Assembly: GCA_903857665.1 (NCBI GenBank)
Contig: CAIOFV010000159.1
Coordinates: 1,894 to 65,893 of the forward strand
Length of the DNA: 64,000 bases
Source: an uncultured Myxococcales bacterium
Lineage (GTDB): Bacteria; Myxococcota_A; UBA9042; DTJE01
Direction of reading: 5' to 3'
The notes below the pieces were generated by a model. That model was given only the letters and a program-made list of their open reading frames with translations, was not told where the DNA came from and searched no databases. Below are positions 39,722-49,197 of the stretch, one piece after another. Numbering within the stretch: position 1 is the stretch's first letter; every line of letters begins with the position of its first letter. The position numbers and the translations under genes were made by a program.

Positions 39722-40983
39722 TGAAGGAACTGGACACGTTGCGGCGCCGCGTGGGCATCGTCGATCGGCACATCGTCGAAGGCCTGGCCCGACGGCAGCA
39801 CCTGGTGACGCGCATCGTGGCCATCAAGATCGCCGCGGGCCTGGACCTGCGGGACCGGCCTCAGGAGGGCGCCGTGCTGGCCGAAGTGATCCGCCTGGGG
39901 CGCGAGCACGGGCTGGACGCGGGCTACCTGACGCGCCTGTACCACCCGATCATCGACCACGCGCTGGACATCCAGCGGGAACTGCTGCTGCGCGGGGACG
40001 CGGACGGGTCGGCCAGCAGGCGTGCCGTGCGGGTGGCGTACCAGGGCACCGAGGGCGCCTACAGCCACCTGGCGGCCCGGAAGCATTTCGCACCGGTGCT
40101 GTCGCGGGTCGTGTTCGCGGGGCTGCGCACCTTCCCGGAGGTCACCGACGCCGTCGAGTCCGGCGAGGCCGACTACGGGGTGCTTCCCATCGAGAACACC
40201 ACGGCGGGGAGCATCAACGAGGTCTACGACCTGCTGCGGCGCGCCAACGTGTCGATCGTGGCGGAGGCCGTCCAGGAAGTGGACCACTGCCTGCTGGCGC
40301 TGGAGGACGTGCCCCTGGCGAGCCTCCGGCGCGTGTACTCGCATCCCCAGGCCCTGGCCCAGTGCAGCGAGTTCCTGGCGACGCTGGCCGAGTGCCGCGT
40401 CGAAAGCTACGCCGACACCGCGATGGCGGTCGAAAAGGTGCGCGACGACGGCGATCCCGCGCAGGCGGCCATCGCCAGCGAGGCGGCGGCCGAGCACTTC
40501 GGCTTGCGGGTGCTGCGGCGCGGCCTGGCGAACCAGCCCGAAAACTTCACGCGGTTCGTGGTGGTGGCCCGGGAGCCCCGCACGGTGGATCCCCGGACCC
40601 CCTGCAAGACGTCCCTGCTGCTGGCGACCGACCACCGCGAAGGCGCGCTGGCGCGGTGCCTGGACCTGCTGGCCACCCACCACCTGAACCTGACCAAGCT
40701 GGAAAGCCGCCCCGTGCCCCGGACGCCCTGGGAGTACCACTTCTACATCGACGTCGAGGGGAACGTGGCGGACCCGGACACCCGCGATGCGCTGGAGGCC
40801 CTGCGGGACCAGACCCGCTTCCTGAAGGTGCTGGGCTGCTACCCGGCGCTGGCCGGCCTGTCGGCGCCGCAGAAGGCAGGCCCGGGCAAGGTGGAACGGC
40901 ATTCCCCGGCATGCTCCAGGGCGTTGAAGGCCACGGCCCGCAAGAAGCCGGCCGCCCGTCAGGGCGCCAGGAAGAGCCGGTAG
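39721..40983 (+). CDS. pheA: bifunctional chorismate mutase / prephenate dehydratase (P-protein)
   Basis: Start is coupled to the aminotransferase stop (TGATG). AroQ helix, then PDT domain (VAYQGTEGAYSH, TRF), then a C-terminal ACT domain (ESRP). Confidence 0.9.
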   Translation: MKELDTLRRRVGIVDRHIVEGLARRQHLVTRIVAIKIAAGLDLRDRPQEGAVLAEVIRLGREHGLDAGYLTRLYHPIIDHALDIQRELLLRGDADGSASRRAVRVAYQGTEGAYSHLAARKHFAPVLSRVVFAGLRTFPEVTDAVESGEADYGVLPIENTTAGSINEVYDLLRRANVSIVAEAVQEVDHCLLALEDVPLASLRRVYSHPQALAQCSEFLATLAECRVESYADTAMAVEKVRDDGDPAQAAIASEAAAEHFGLRVLRRGLANQPENFTRFVVVAREPRTVDPRTPCKTSLLLATDHREGALARCLDLLATHHLNLTKLESRPVPRTPWEYHFYIDVEGNVADPDTRDALEALRDQTRFLKVLGCYPALAGLSAPQKAGPGKVERHSPACSRALKATARKKPAARQGARKSR

Positions 40984-42476
40984 GCGGGGTTGTCGGTCTC
41001 CTCGGCCCAGGCGAAGTGCAGCGCTTCCAGGTGCGCCCGGAAGGCCGCGTCGTCGTCGGGCGGGACCTGGATCCCCACCAGCACTCGTCCGTGATCGGCG
41101 CCGTGGTTCCGGTAGTGGAACAACGAAATGTTCCACGCGGACCCGACCGACGTCAGGAAGCCCAGCAGCGCGCCCGGCCGCTCGGGAAACTCGAACCGGA
41201 AGAGGCGCTCGTTTTCGAGGCCGGCCACCCTGCCGCCCACCATGTGCCGCACGTGCAGCTTGGCCATCTCGTCGCCGCTCATGTCCACCACGGGCAGGCC
41301 CGCGGCCTGAAGGCTGTCCACCACCCGGACTTTTTCGTCCCGCCCGCCGGACAGGGCGAGGCCCACGAACACCCGGGCGCGCGCCGGGTCGCCGTACCGG
41401 TAGTTGAACTCGGTCACGAAGTGCGATCCGATCACGTTGCAGAAGGCCAGGAAGGACCCGGGCTTTTCCGGGATCTCGACGGCCAGCAGGGCCTCGCGTT
41501 CGGCGCCCAGGTCGGCGCGCTCGGCCACGTGGCGCAGACGGTCGAAGTTCATGTTGGCGCCGCTGACCAGCGTCACGACGGTCAGGCCGGCCACGGGGTT
41601 CGCGGCGGCCCAGCGCTTCAGGCCGGCCACCGCCAGCGCGCCCGCGGGCTCGGCGATGGACCGGGTGTCCTCGAAGATGTCCTGCACCGCGGCGCAGATC
41701 TCGTCGTTGGACACCAGCACGATCTCGTCCACGCACTGCCGGGCCAGCCGAAAGGTTTCGTCCCCGACCCGGCGCACCGCCACGCCGTCCGCGAACAGGC
41801 CGACCCGCGGCAGCGTCACCGGCTCGCCGGCCGCCAGCGCGGCGTGCATCGTGGGCGCGTCCTCGGGCTCGACGCCGATGACGCGGATTTCCGGGTGCAG
41901 GGCCTTCAGGCAGGTGCCGACCCCGGCGATCAGGCCGCCGCCGCCGATGGGCACGAACACCGCGTCGAAGCCCTCGGGACGCTGGCGCAGCAGTTCCAGC
42001 GCGATCGTGCCCTGGCCCGCGATGACCTCCGGATCGTCGAAGGGGTGCACGAAGATCATCCCGTCACGGTCCGCCAGTTCCAGCGCCCGCTGGCAGGCCG
42101 CATCGTAGTCGTCCCCGTGCAACACCACTTCGCCGCCCAGGTCCCGCACGGCGTCCACCTTGATCGAGGGCGTGGTCAGCGGCATCACGATGACGGCCCG
42201 CAGGCCGCGGCGCCGGGCGGCCAGCGCGACCCCCTGGGCGTGGTTGCCGGCGGACGCGCAGATCACGCCGCGCGACGCCTGGTCCGCCGGGATGTGCGCG
42301 ATCCGGTTGGCGGCCCCCCGGATCTTGAACGAGAACACCGGCTGCAGGTCCTCGCGCTTCAGCAGCACCTCGGCGCCCAGTCGGCGCGACAGGCGCGGCG
42401 CGCGCTCGAGCGGGGACTCGATCGCGACGTCGTGGACCCGGGCCTTCAGGATGCGTTGCAGGTATCCGTTCGGCAC
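40959..42476 (-). CDS. ilvA: biosynthetic threonine dehydratase (threonine ammonia-lyase)
   Basis: PLP-Lys motif SFKIRGA, GNHAQGVA, and two C-terminal ACT-like regulatory domains. GTG 42476 is chosen because GC3 bias starts there and GGACGAGG lies 7 nt upstream. An alternative ATG at 42566 would add 30 low-GC3 codons. The 3' end overlaps the pheA 3' end by 25 nt. Confidence 0.8.
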   Translation of the reverse strand: MPNGYLQRILKARVHDVAIESPLERAPRLSRRLGAEVLLKREDLQPVFSFKIRGAANRIAHIPADQASRGVICASAGNHAQGVALAARRRGLRAVIVMPLTTPSIKVDAVRDLGGEVVLHGDDYDAACQRALELADRDGMIFVHPFDDPEVIAGQGTIALELLRQRPEGFDAVFVPIGGGGLIAGVGTCLKALHPEIRVIGVEPEDAPTMHAALAAGEPVTLPRVGLFADGVAVRRVGDETFRLARQCVDEIVLVSNDEICAAVQDIFEDTRSIAEPAGALAVAGLKRWAAANPVAGLTVVTLVSGANMNFDRLRHVAERADLGAEREALLAVEIPEKPGSFLAFCNVIGSHFVTEFNYRYGDPARARVFVGLALSGGRDEKVRVVDSLQAAGLPVVDMSGDEMAKLHVRHMVGGRVAGLENERLFRFEFPERPGALLGFLTSVGSAWNISLFHYRNHGADHGRVLVGIQVPPDDDAAFRAHLEALHFAWAEETDNPAYRLFLAP

Positions 42477-42618
42477 GGGGGACCTCGTCCGGGATCCTTG
42501 CAGTGTACAGGCCCACGCGGCGTTGCGCTCTCTTAGCGCTGGAAATCCATGGGGTTCCGGCGACATGGAGCGGTGTTGCCGGCGCGGGGCGATCGCGTTC
42601 CGGGAAACCCGGGGGCGT

Positions 42619-44358
42619 TCACGATCCCGGGATGGGGGGCACGGGCTGGCACCGGGTCCCATCGCAGTATCCGCAGCAATCGTTGCCGCCGGACGCGCCC
42701 GCGTGCCCGTCCGCCCAGCAGCAGGTCGCCGGCGCGCCGGCGCTGCGCACCACGCAGGCGGCGGTGCTGTCGCAGCAGTCGCCTGCGGACATGCAGAAAT
42801 TCTGGTTCGGGATGCAGGGCTTCGCGCAGAACCCCTTGTCGCACAGCCCCTGGCAGCATGCGTTGTTGCCCTGGCAGGGCGCGCCGATCCCGCCGCACCC
42901 CGTGCAGGTGCCGTTCACGCAGGCCGCGCCGTCGCCGCAGCACTGGAAGCTGTCCCAGCACCCGGACCCGGCGGGGCCGCAGTCGTCGATGCAGACCCCA
43001 CCCAGGCACCTCGACGACTCGCAGCAGTCGCCGTCCGACGAGCATCGGGGCGCCCACCGGTTCCGGGCGCCGTAGCCCGAGCAGGCCCGCTGGCAGACAC
43101 CCCGGTCGCACCGGCCCGAGTCGCCGTACCACCCGCGCGTGCACTCCAGGTCCGCCTTGCACTCGAACTGGGCCACGTCGGGGCGCTCCGACAGGCATTT
43201 CCCGGCGACGCAGAGGTGCCAGGCGCAGCAGTCCGCGTCGGCCTGGCAATCGGTCGGGCAGTCCGCCGCGCACGCGCCGGCCACGCACCGGCCCATGCAG
43301 CACTCCTCGGCGCGCGTGCACGGGCTGCCGACGCCCTGGCAACCGCACGTCCCCCCGCTGCACGGCGGCGAGCAGCATTCGGCGTCCGAGCCACACGCCA
43401 GGCCGCGGCCCGTGCAGGCGTGTCCCGCGCATTTCCCGAGTTCGCAGTGCCCCTCGCAGCAGTCCAGGTCCCGGGCGCAGTCCTCGGCGGTCACCATGCA
43501 GGCCCCGCACGCCCCGCCAACGCACGGCCCGATCCACGGGCAGCACTGGTCGTCGGTCGTGCAGTCGGGAGGCACCAGCGTGGCGCCGTTCCAGACCAGG
43601 TCCTCACATCCCGGCGCGTGCCCGCCCAGCCAGTTGTCGGGCCACGTGCAGGTGTACTGGCAGACGGTTCGGCCGGCCAGCCCGCAGCACGGGTGGTCGG
43701 CGTCGCAGGAAGCGTCCCCTCCCAGCACGCACGTCCCGCCGCAGTGGCCGTCCACGCAGGGGCCCTCGAACGCGCAGCAGTCCGAATCGACCTGGCAGGC
43801 GCCGCTGGCGTGGGCGCAGGCGCAGACGCCGTCCACGCACCCGCCGGAAAGCCAACCACAGGGCCGCGATGCCGAGCACGTGTCTCCCGGGCGGCCCACG
43901 TCCGGTGCGCAGATCCCCCCGAAGCAGACGGTGCCGTCGCAGCACCGCTTTCCGGACGCGCAGGCGGCGCCGGCCGGCGCGCAGTCAGCGAGGTCGGCAG
44001 GGAGGTCGACCGGGGCGGGGTCGGCGACGGGATCGCCGGCAGGATCGAACGGCGGATCGCGAACCGGGTCCATCACCGGGATGTCGGGGTAGTCGCACGA
44101 GTCCCCGGCCGTGCAGTTCCACCGGCCCGCGATGCAGCGGCAGATCTCGACGCGGATGGGTTCGCCCATGCAGGTCCCAAGCGAGTCGCACACGGCCCCT
44201 TCGCTGCAGGTCGCCGGGAGCGGGACGACGCACCGGGCGACGTCGCTTCCGTCCGCACCCGGATCGGTTCCCGCATCGACGACATCCGATACGTCGCGGG
44301 ATCCTGAGGCGCAGGCGATCAGGGCCAGGAGGGGCACGAGGGAAAGCGCGCTGCGCAT
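42619..44358 (-). CDS. secreted cysteine-rich repeat lipoprotein (C-x3-D-CC-x3-C-x3-C modules)
   Basis: ATG 44358 (MRSALSLVPLLALIACASGS; lipobox) lies 7 nt after GGAGAA. At least 10 modules such as CQVDSDCCAFEGPCVDGHCGGTC and CARDLDCCEGHCELGKCAGHAC. The antisense 657-aa and 317-aa track ORFs are rejected. Confidence 0.7.
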   Translation of the reverse strand: MRSALSLVPLLALIACASGSRDVSDVVDAGTDPGADGSDVARCVVPLPATCSEGAVCDSLGTCMGEPIRVEICRCIAGRWNCTAGDSCDYPDIPVMDPVRDPPFDPAGDPVADPAPVDLPADLADCAPAGAACASGKRCCDGTVCFGGICAPDVGRPGDTCSASRPCGWLSGGCVDGVCACAHASGACQVDSDCCAFEGPCVDGHCGGTCVLGGDASCDADHPCCGLAGRTVCQYTCTWPDNWLGGHAPGCEDLVWNGATLVPPDCTTDDQCCPWIGPCVGGACGACMVTAEDCARDLDCCEGHCELGKCAGHACTGRGLACGSDAECCSPPCSGGTCGCQGVGSPCTRAEECCMGRCVAGACAADCPTDCQADADCCAWHLCVAGKCLSERPDVAQFECKADLECTRGWYGDSGRCDRGVCQRACSGYGARNRWAPRCSSDGDCCESSRCLGGVCIDDCGPAGSGCWDSFQCCGDGAACVNGTCTGCGGIGAPCQGNNACCQGLCDKGFCAKPCIPNQNFCMSAGDCCDSTAACVVRSAGAPATCCWADGHAGASGGNDCCGYCDGTRCQPVPPIPGS

Positions 44359-44433
44359 CGTGGTTCTCCGGCTGGGGCGTCCATCGTACGGAAATGAGGG
44401 GGGCAATCGCAACCGGGACGATGGACGAAAACG

Positions 44434-45846
44434 TCACTGCATCAGGAAATCCCACTCGACCGTCGCGGCCAAACCGGCGGCCTGGGGGCAGTTCGCCCCG
44501 CCGCGGGTGTACGAGCCCTTGATGTCCTTCGGGTCGGCAATCGGGATGAAGTTCTGGTCGACCGTGTTCGGCATGCAGCCGGTCAGCCAGGTGAGGATCG
44601 CGGCGGTCTTCGTCGGAGTGCCGTTGATGTCGCAGGTGAGGTCCCACTGGATCCCCAGGCCCCAGAGCACCGACAGGGGCACCTTCTTCAGGTTGAGGGA
44701 CGTGTTCTTGACCGCCTGGGACGGGCTGTCCGCGGTGCAGGGAAACCCGGAGTACGTGATGGCGTCCGAGATCTTGATCGACCCGGTGACGTCGAACAGG
44801 GTCATGTCGATCCCGTCATCGAGCTGGCCATTCAACAGCTTGCCGGGGGTGACCGTCAGGTTGCCGCTGGCCGTGTAGGCGAACAACCCGGTGGCGGTGA
44901 CCGTGACCTTGCCCTGGTACGTCCCGGGCGTGCCGACCGACAGGTTGGACGCAACGAACGTGTCGCCGCGCCTGCCCTTCGCCCCCAGCCAGACCCCGGC
45001 CAGCACCACCGACGGGTTGGGCTGGGTGCCGGGCGCCGTGTAGGTCCCGGTCAGGGAGGAGGTGCTCCCCTGGATCGTGCCGACGGTGCCGTTGCCGCCC
45101 GTGACGCCGTTCACCGACCAGTCGCGCACGGGATCCAGCGGGGCCAGGCCGGCATCGCAGTTGTAGACCAGCCCGGCCAGTTGCCCGTCGGCGGTTTCCT
45201 CCTGCACGCAGTAGGCGATTTCCAGCGACTGGGTCGAACCCAGGGGGACCGTTGCGACCAGGGGCCGCAACTGGACCCCCTCGATGATGGAGGTTTCGCA
45301 GAAGTGCGTGGTGGTGGCGCTGACCGTCTTGCCGGTGGCGTCCCGCACCTGGTCCGCCAGCCAGTTCCAGTGACCCGACGCGTCCTCCCGCAACACCACG
45401 CCAAGGCCCTCGACGCCGGTGCGCGAGACGCCTGCCTCGGGCACCGCGTAGGTCAGCGTGACCGGCTGGGCGAACGTCACGCCCGACGGCTCCAGTTGGT
45501 AGCCAATGCCGATGGTGCCGGGGACCAGCGTGCCGACCGGCTGGATCGAGAAGGTCGTCGCATCGCCGACCGCGTTGGCAGGCACCGTCACGGTCAGGCG
45601 CCCGTCGGCCGACGCCAGCGTGCCGCCGGCGGCGTCGATGCTGGCCGTCACGGCGTCCCCAAGAGGCTGGCCAGCCAGCGTGACCGCCACGGTCGGACCC
45701 TGCGCGGGGGTGTCCGTCCCGCCGTTGTCCAGGCCCGGACCGACGCCGGGATCCCAGCCGGACAAATCGGAGCCGCCGCTGCTCGACCCCGCGCACGCGG
45801 CCAGCAGCACGATCGCCAGCACGCCCGTCCATCGCATCGTCGTCAT
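44434..45846 (-). CDS. hypothetical lipoprotein (beta-rich, Thr/Gly-rich)
   Basis: ATG at 45846 lies after GGAGGAAA. MTTMRWTGVLAIVLLAACAGSS gives a lipobox. No recognisable catalytic motifs. GC3 bias is strong. Confidence 0.6.
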   Translation of the reverse strand: MTTMRWTGVLAIVLLAACAGSSSGGSDLSGWDPGVGPGLDNGGTDTPAQGPTVAVTLAGQPLGDAVTASIDAAGGTLASADGRLTVTVPANAVGDATTFSIQPVGTLVPGTIGIGYQLEPSGVTFAQPVTLTYAVPEAGVSRTGVEGLGVVLREDASGHWNWLADQVRDATGKTVSATTTHFCETSIIEGVQLRPLVATVPLGSTQSLEIAYCVQEETADGQLAGLVYNCDAGLAPLDPVRDWSVNGVTGGNGTVGTIQGSTSSLTGTYTAPGTQPNPSVVLAGVWLGAKGRRGDTFVASNLSVGTPGTYQGKVTVTATGLFAYTASGNLTVTPGKLLNGQLDDGIDMTLFDVTGSIKISDAITYSGFPCTADSPSQAVKNTSLNLKKVPLSVLWGLGIQWDLTCDINGTPTKTAAILTWLTGCMPNTVDQNFIPIADPKDIKGSYTRGGANCPQAAGLAATVEWDFLMQ

Positions 45847-46059
45847 CGCGGTTTCCTCCATCGGGGTCCATCCCGGGTATAGCGGGGGCCGCCGAAGGCG
45901 TCAAGGAAAGCCGTCCGCGCCCGGCGGTCCCGGGGATGGAGGCCCGCTCGAAACAAATCCCGGCACGCCTCGATAACCGGTCCATGCGCCGGGTTCGAAA
46001 CACCACCGGCGCACCCGGCGGAACGGAGGTCCGGGAGGTCCCGGACCAGGGGGGCGGAC

Positions 46060-49000
46060 ATGACACGGGGCACGCGGTGCGGGTTCGTGGGGGCGGCGCT
46101 GGTCGCGGCGTGGATCGGGGCCGGATGCGTGAAGGTCATCGGGGGCGAGGGCGACGGGCGCGACGTCGGCACGGGGGACGCCACGCTCGATGGCGGCCGC
46201 CAGGACGCCAACGGCCCGGAAGTGCTGGTGTTCGACTGGGGACCGCGGGACGGGCTGGGCGAGGGAATCGCCGCAGACGCGATCCCGGATCCGATCGCGG
46301 ACGGCCTGATCGACGCCCACCCGGACGGCGCGACGCTCGACACCGGATGGCCCGGCGACTGGGAGTGCCCGGGAGGGCCCGGCTGCCCGTGCGAACGCAA
46401 CGAGGAGTGCATCGCCGGGTTCTGCGTGGAGGCCGGCGATCGGTACCGGTGCACCCGCAACTGCCAGACCGAGGACGCGTGCCCGAGGGGCTGGAGGTGC
46501 GGGATGGTCGGGGTCGCGGGCGGTGTGGACGTTCTGTATGTGTGCGTCGATCCGTTCGCCAGGCTCTGCCAGCCGTGCGAGCAGGACTCGGACTGCGTGC
46601 CCGGCATCGGTGCGGGCGACCGGCGGCACGCGTGCATCCCCCAGGGGCGGGAGGGCAGTTTCTGCGGCGTCGAATGCACGTCGGATTCGGACTGCCCCGA
46701 CGACTTCAAGTGCGCCCAGGCGCCCGGGGTCGTGCCGGCCACGCGCCAGTGCCTGCCTCTGAGCGCAAAGTGCGAGTGCACGCCGAAGTTCCGCATCCAG
46801 GGGAACCGGACGCGCTGCTCGGTGACCAACGCGTACGGCACCTGCCGGGCCGAGCGCACCTGCGACCAGGCGTGCCCGGCGGCGAAGCCCGAACCCGAAA
46901 CGTGCAACGGCATGGACGACAACTGCAACGGCACCATCGACGAGGGCACCGACGGCCTGCCCTGCAAGCTGGTCAACGTGTACGGGACCTGCACGGGGGC
47001 GAGCCGCTGCGTAGGAGGCCACGCGTTGTGCGAGGGCACGCCGGCCAGCCAGGAACTGTGCAACGGCATCGACGACGACTGCGACGGCCAGACCGACGAG
47101 CGGGACGCCATCGGCTGCAAGGTCTGGTACCGCGACACCGATGGCGACGGTTTCGGCGCGACCGGCAGCGGCCAGTGCAACTGCCGCGCGACCCCGCCAT
47201 ATGTCGCCACGCAGGAGGGGGACTGTGACGACGCGCGGGCCGCGGTGCACCCCGGGGCAATCGAAACCTGCAACGGCCTGGACGACGACTGCGACGGCCA
47301 GACCGATGAGGACACGCTAGCCGAATGCTTCCCGACCGTATGCGACCCGGCGCGCGGCGGCTGCAAGACGTGGTGCGACGGCCAGCAGGACTGCCAGTCC
47401 GGGACCGAGTGCGTGAACTTCGCGTGCCGCACGATCCCCGGCGTCCCGTGCAAGCGCGACGACCAGTGCGCGGGCGGGTTCTGCACCGATGGCGTGTGCT
47501 GCAGCGCCCGTTGCAACGGCGTGTGCGAGTCCTGCGCCCTGCCCGGCCGGGTCGGCCAGTGCACGCCGATCCCGCCGCTCCAGGACCCGGACGACGAATG
47601 CACGGCGCAGGCGACATCGACCTGCGGGGCCACCGGCTTCTGCTCGGGCAACCGGTCGTGCGCGCTGCACCCCGCCGGCACGCCGTGCGCCGCGCCTTCC
47701 TGCATCGACGGCGCCACGCTGGCCCGGGCCGACCTGTGCGACGGGGCCGGATCGTGCCGTGACGGCGGCATGACGACGTGCGCCCCGGCCACCTGCGACG
47801 CCGCCGCGGGCGCCTGCCGTCAGTCGTGCGTGCTGGATCCGGACTGCCTGGCGGGATACCTGTGCGTCGCCGGGCGATGCGCCCGCGACATGGGTCGGTC
47901 GTGCGTCGCGGATGGCGAGTGCGCCAGCGGCCTGTGCACCGACGGCGTGTGCTGCCGCACCCGCTGCGGCGGTACGTGCGAGGCCTGCAACCTGCCGGGC
48001 CGCGCCGGCTTCTGCGACCCGGTGCCCGACGGGCTGGACCCGGACGATGAATGCCCCCAGGAATCCGCGTCGGGCTGCCGGTACACGGGCGCCTGCTCGG
48101 GCGCACGGACCTGCCGCCTGCACCCCGCGGGCACGGTCTGCATCGACGCCTCCTGCGCTTCGGCGTCCACGTCGAACGTGCCGGACACCTGCAACGGCGC
48201 CGGCCTTTGCGTGGACAACGGGACGCGAAGTTGCCTGCCCTTCGCCTGCAACCCCGCCACCGGCCGCTGCGGCACGTCCTGCGCGGTCGCGGCGGACTGC
48301 GCGGCGGGCTACGTGTGCCAGCCGTCCACCGGCCAGTGCCTGAAGTCCGAGGGCCAGGCGTGCAGCACCAGCGCCGAATGCCAGGGCGGCACCTGCTGCA
48401 GCGGGTTCTGCCGGGACCTGCAGACCGACCGCAACCACTGCGGGTCCTGCGGGACCGTGTGCCGCAACGAGCACGGCGCGACGTCCTGCGTGGCAGGGGT
48501 CTGCCGGCCCACCTGCGACACGGGCTGGGGCGACTGCGACGCCAGCCGCAGCGACGGGTGCGAAACGTCACTGCGGACCGTCACCGACTGCGGCAAGTGC
48601 AAGGCGGCCTGCGTCCGCACCGGCGGGGTGCCGACCTGCGAGACGGGCACCTGCGGGCTGGCGCAGTGCGACACGGGCTTCGCCAGTTGCGACGCCAACG
48701 ACGCGAACGGCTGCGAACTGGACCTGGCCCGGACCCCGAACACCTGCGCCACCGCCGAGTGGATCGGCTCCAACTGCGGGGACACGGCCAGCGGCGTGCT
48801 GTGCCCGACGGCCTCCTGGCGATCCTTCGCGGTGCGGTCCGGCCGGTCGGGCCACTGGTTCCGGGCGCGGGTGGAGGAGTGCTCGGACTGCTGCGCGGAC
48901 GTGGCCACGCGGATCACGCTGACGGTCCCGACGGGCGTGGACTACGACCTGTATGTGTACAGCGCCTGCGGGAGCCTCGTCGCGTCGTCCACCGGGGGTC

Positions 49001-49149
49001 CCGGCGCGACCGAACAGGTCACCGTGCGACGCTCGGACGACTGCCTCAGCGGGGACACGGGCTTCGACTACGAGGTGGAAGTGCGGTTCAATGGCGGCTC
49101 ATCCTGCGAACCGTGGATCCTGGGCTTCGACGGCACCACGGCTTCGTGA
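46060..49149 (+). CDS. large secreted Cys-rich lipoprotein with MopE-like putative metal-binding motifs
   Basis: 1029 aa. LVAAWIGAGC lipobox. Three CNG(M/I/L)DD(N/D)C(N/D)G(T/Q)(I/T)DE motifs. Three copies of a ~45-aa module G(F/L)CTDGVCCxxRCxGxCE(S/A)CxLPGRxGxC...DPDDEC. A C-terminal beta-rich domain. Confidence 0.75.
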   Translation: MTRGTRCGFVGAALVAAWIGAGCVKVIGGEGDGRDVGTGDATLDGGRQDANGPEVLVFDWGPRDGLGEGIAADAIPDPIADGLIDAHPDGATLDTGWPGDWECPGGPGCPCERNEECIAGFCVEAGDRYRCTRNCQTEDACPRGWRCGMVGVAGGVDVLYVCVDPFARLCQPCEQDSDCVPGIGAGDRRHACIPQGREGSFCGVECTSDSDCPDDFKCAQAPGVVPATRQCLPLSAKCECTPKFRIQGNRTRCSVTNAYGTCRAERTCDQACPAAKPEPETCNGMDDNCNGTIDEGTDGLPCKLVNVYGTCTGASRCVGGHALCEGTPASQELCNGIDDDCDGQTDERDAIGCKVWYRDTDGDGFGATGSGQCNCRATPPYVATQEGDCDDARAAVHPGAIETCNGLDDDCDGQTDEDTLAECFPTVCDPARGGCKTWCDGQQDCQSGTECVNFACRTIPGVPCKRDDQCAGGFCTDGVCCSARCNGVCESCALPGRVGQCTPIPPLQDPDDECTAQATSTCGATGFCSGNRSCALHPAGTPCAAPSCIDGATLARADLCDGAGSCRDGGMTTCAPATCDAAAGACRQSCVLDPDCLAGYLCVAGRCARDMGRSCVADGECASGLCTDGVCCRTRCGGTCEACNLPGRAGFCDPVPDGLDPDDECPQESASGCRYTGACSGARTCRLHPAGTVCIDASCASASTSNVPDTCNGAGLCVDNGTRSCLPFACNPATGRCGTSCAVAADCAAGYVCQPSTGQCLKSEGQACSTSAECQGGTCCSGFCRDLQTDRNHCGSCGTVCRNEHGATSCVAGVCRPTCDTGWGDCDASRSDGCETSLRTVTDCGKCKAACVRTGGVPTCETGTCGLAQCDTGFASCDANDANGCELDLARTPNTCATAEWIGSNCGDTASGVLCPTASWRSFAVRSGRSGHWFRARVEECSDCCADVATRITLTVPTGVDYDLYVYSACGSLVASSTGGPGATEQVTVRRSDDCLSGDTGFDYEVEVRFNGGSSCEPWILGFDGTTAS

Positions 49150-49197
49150 CGGGTCGGCGAGGGACGAGCCTCCTTCCGGGCCTGCCCGCCGCGAACC

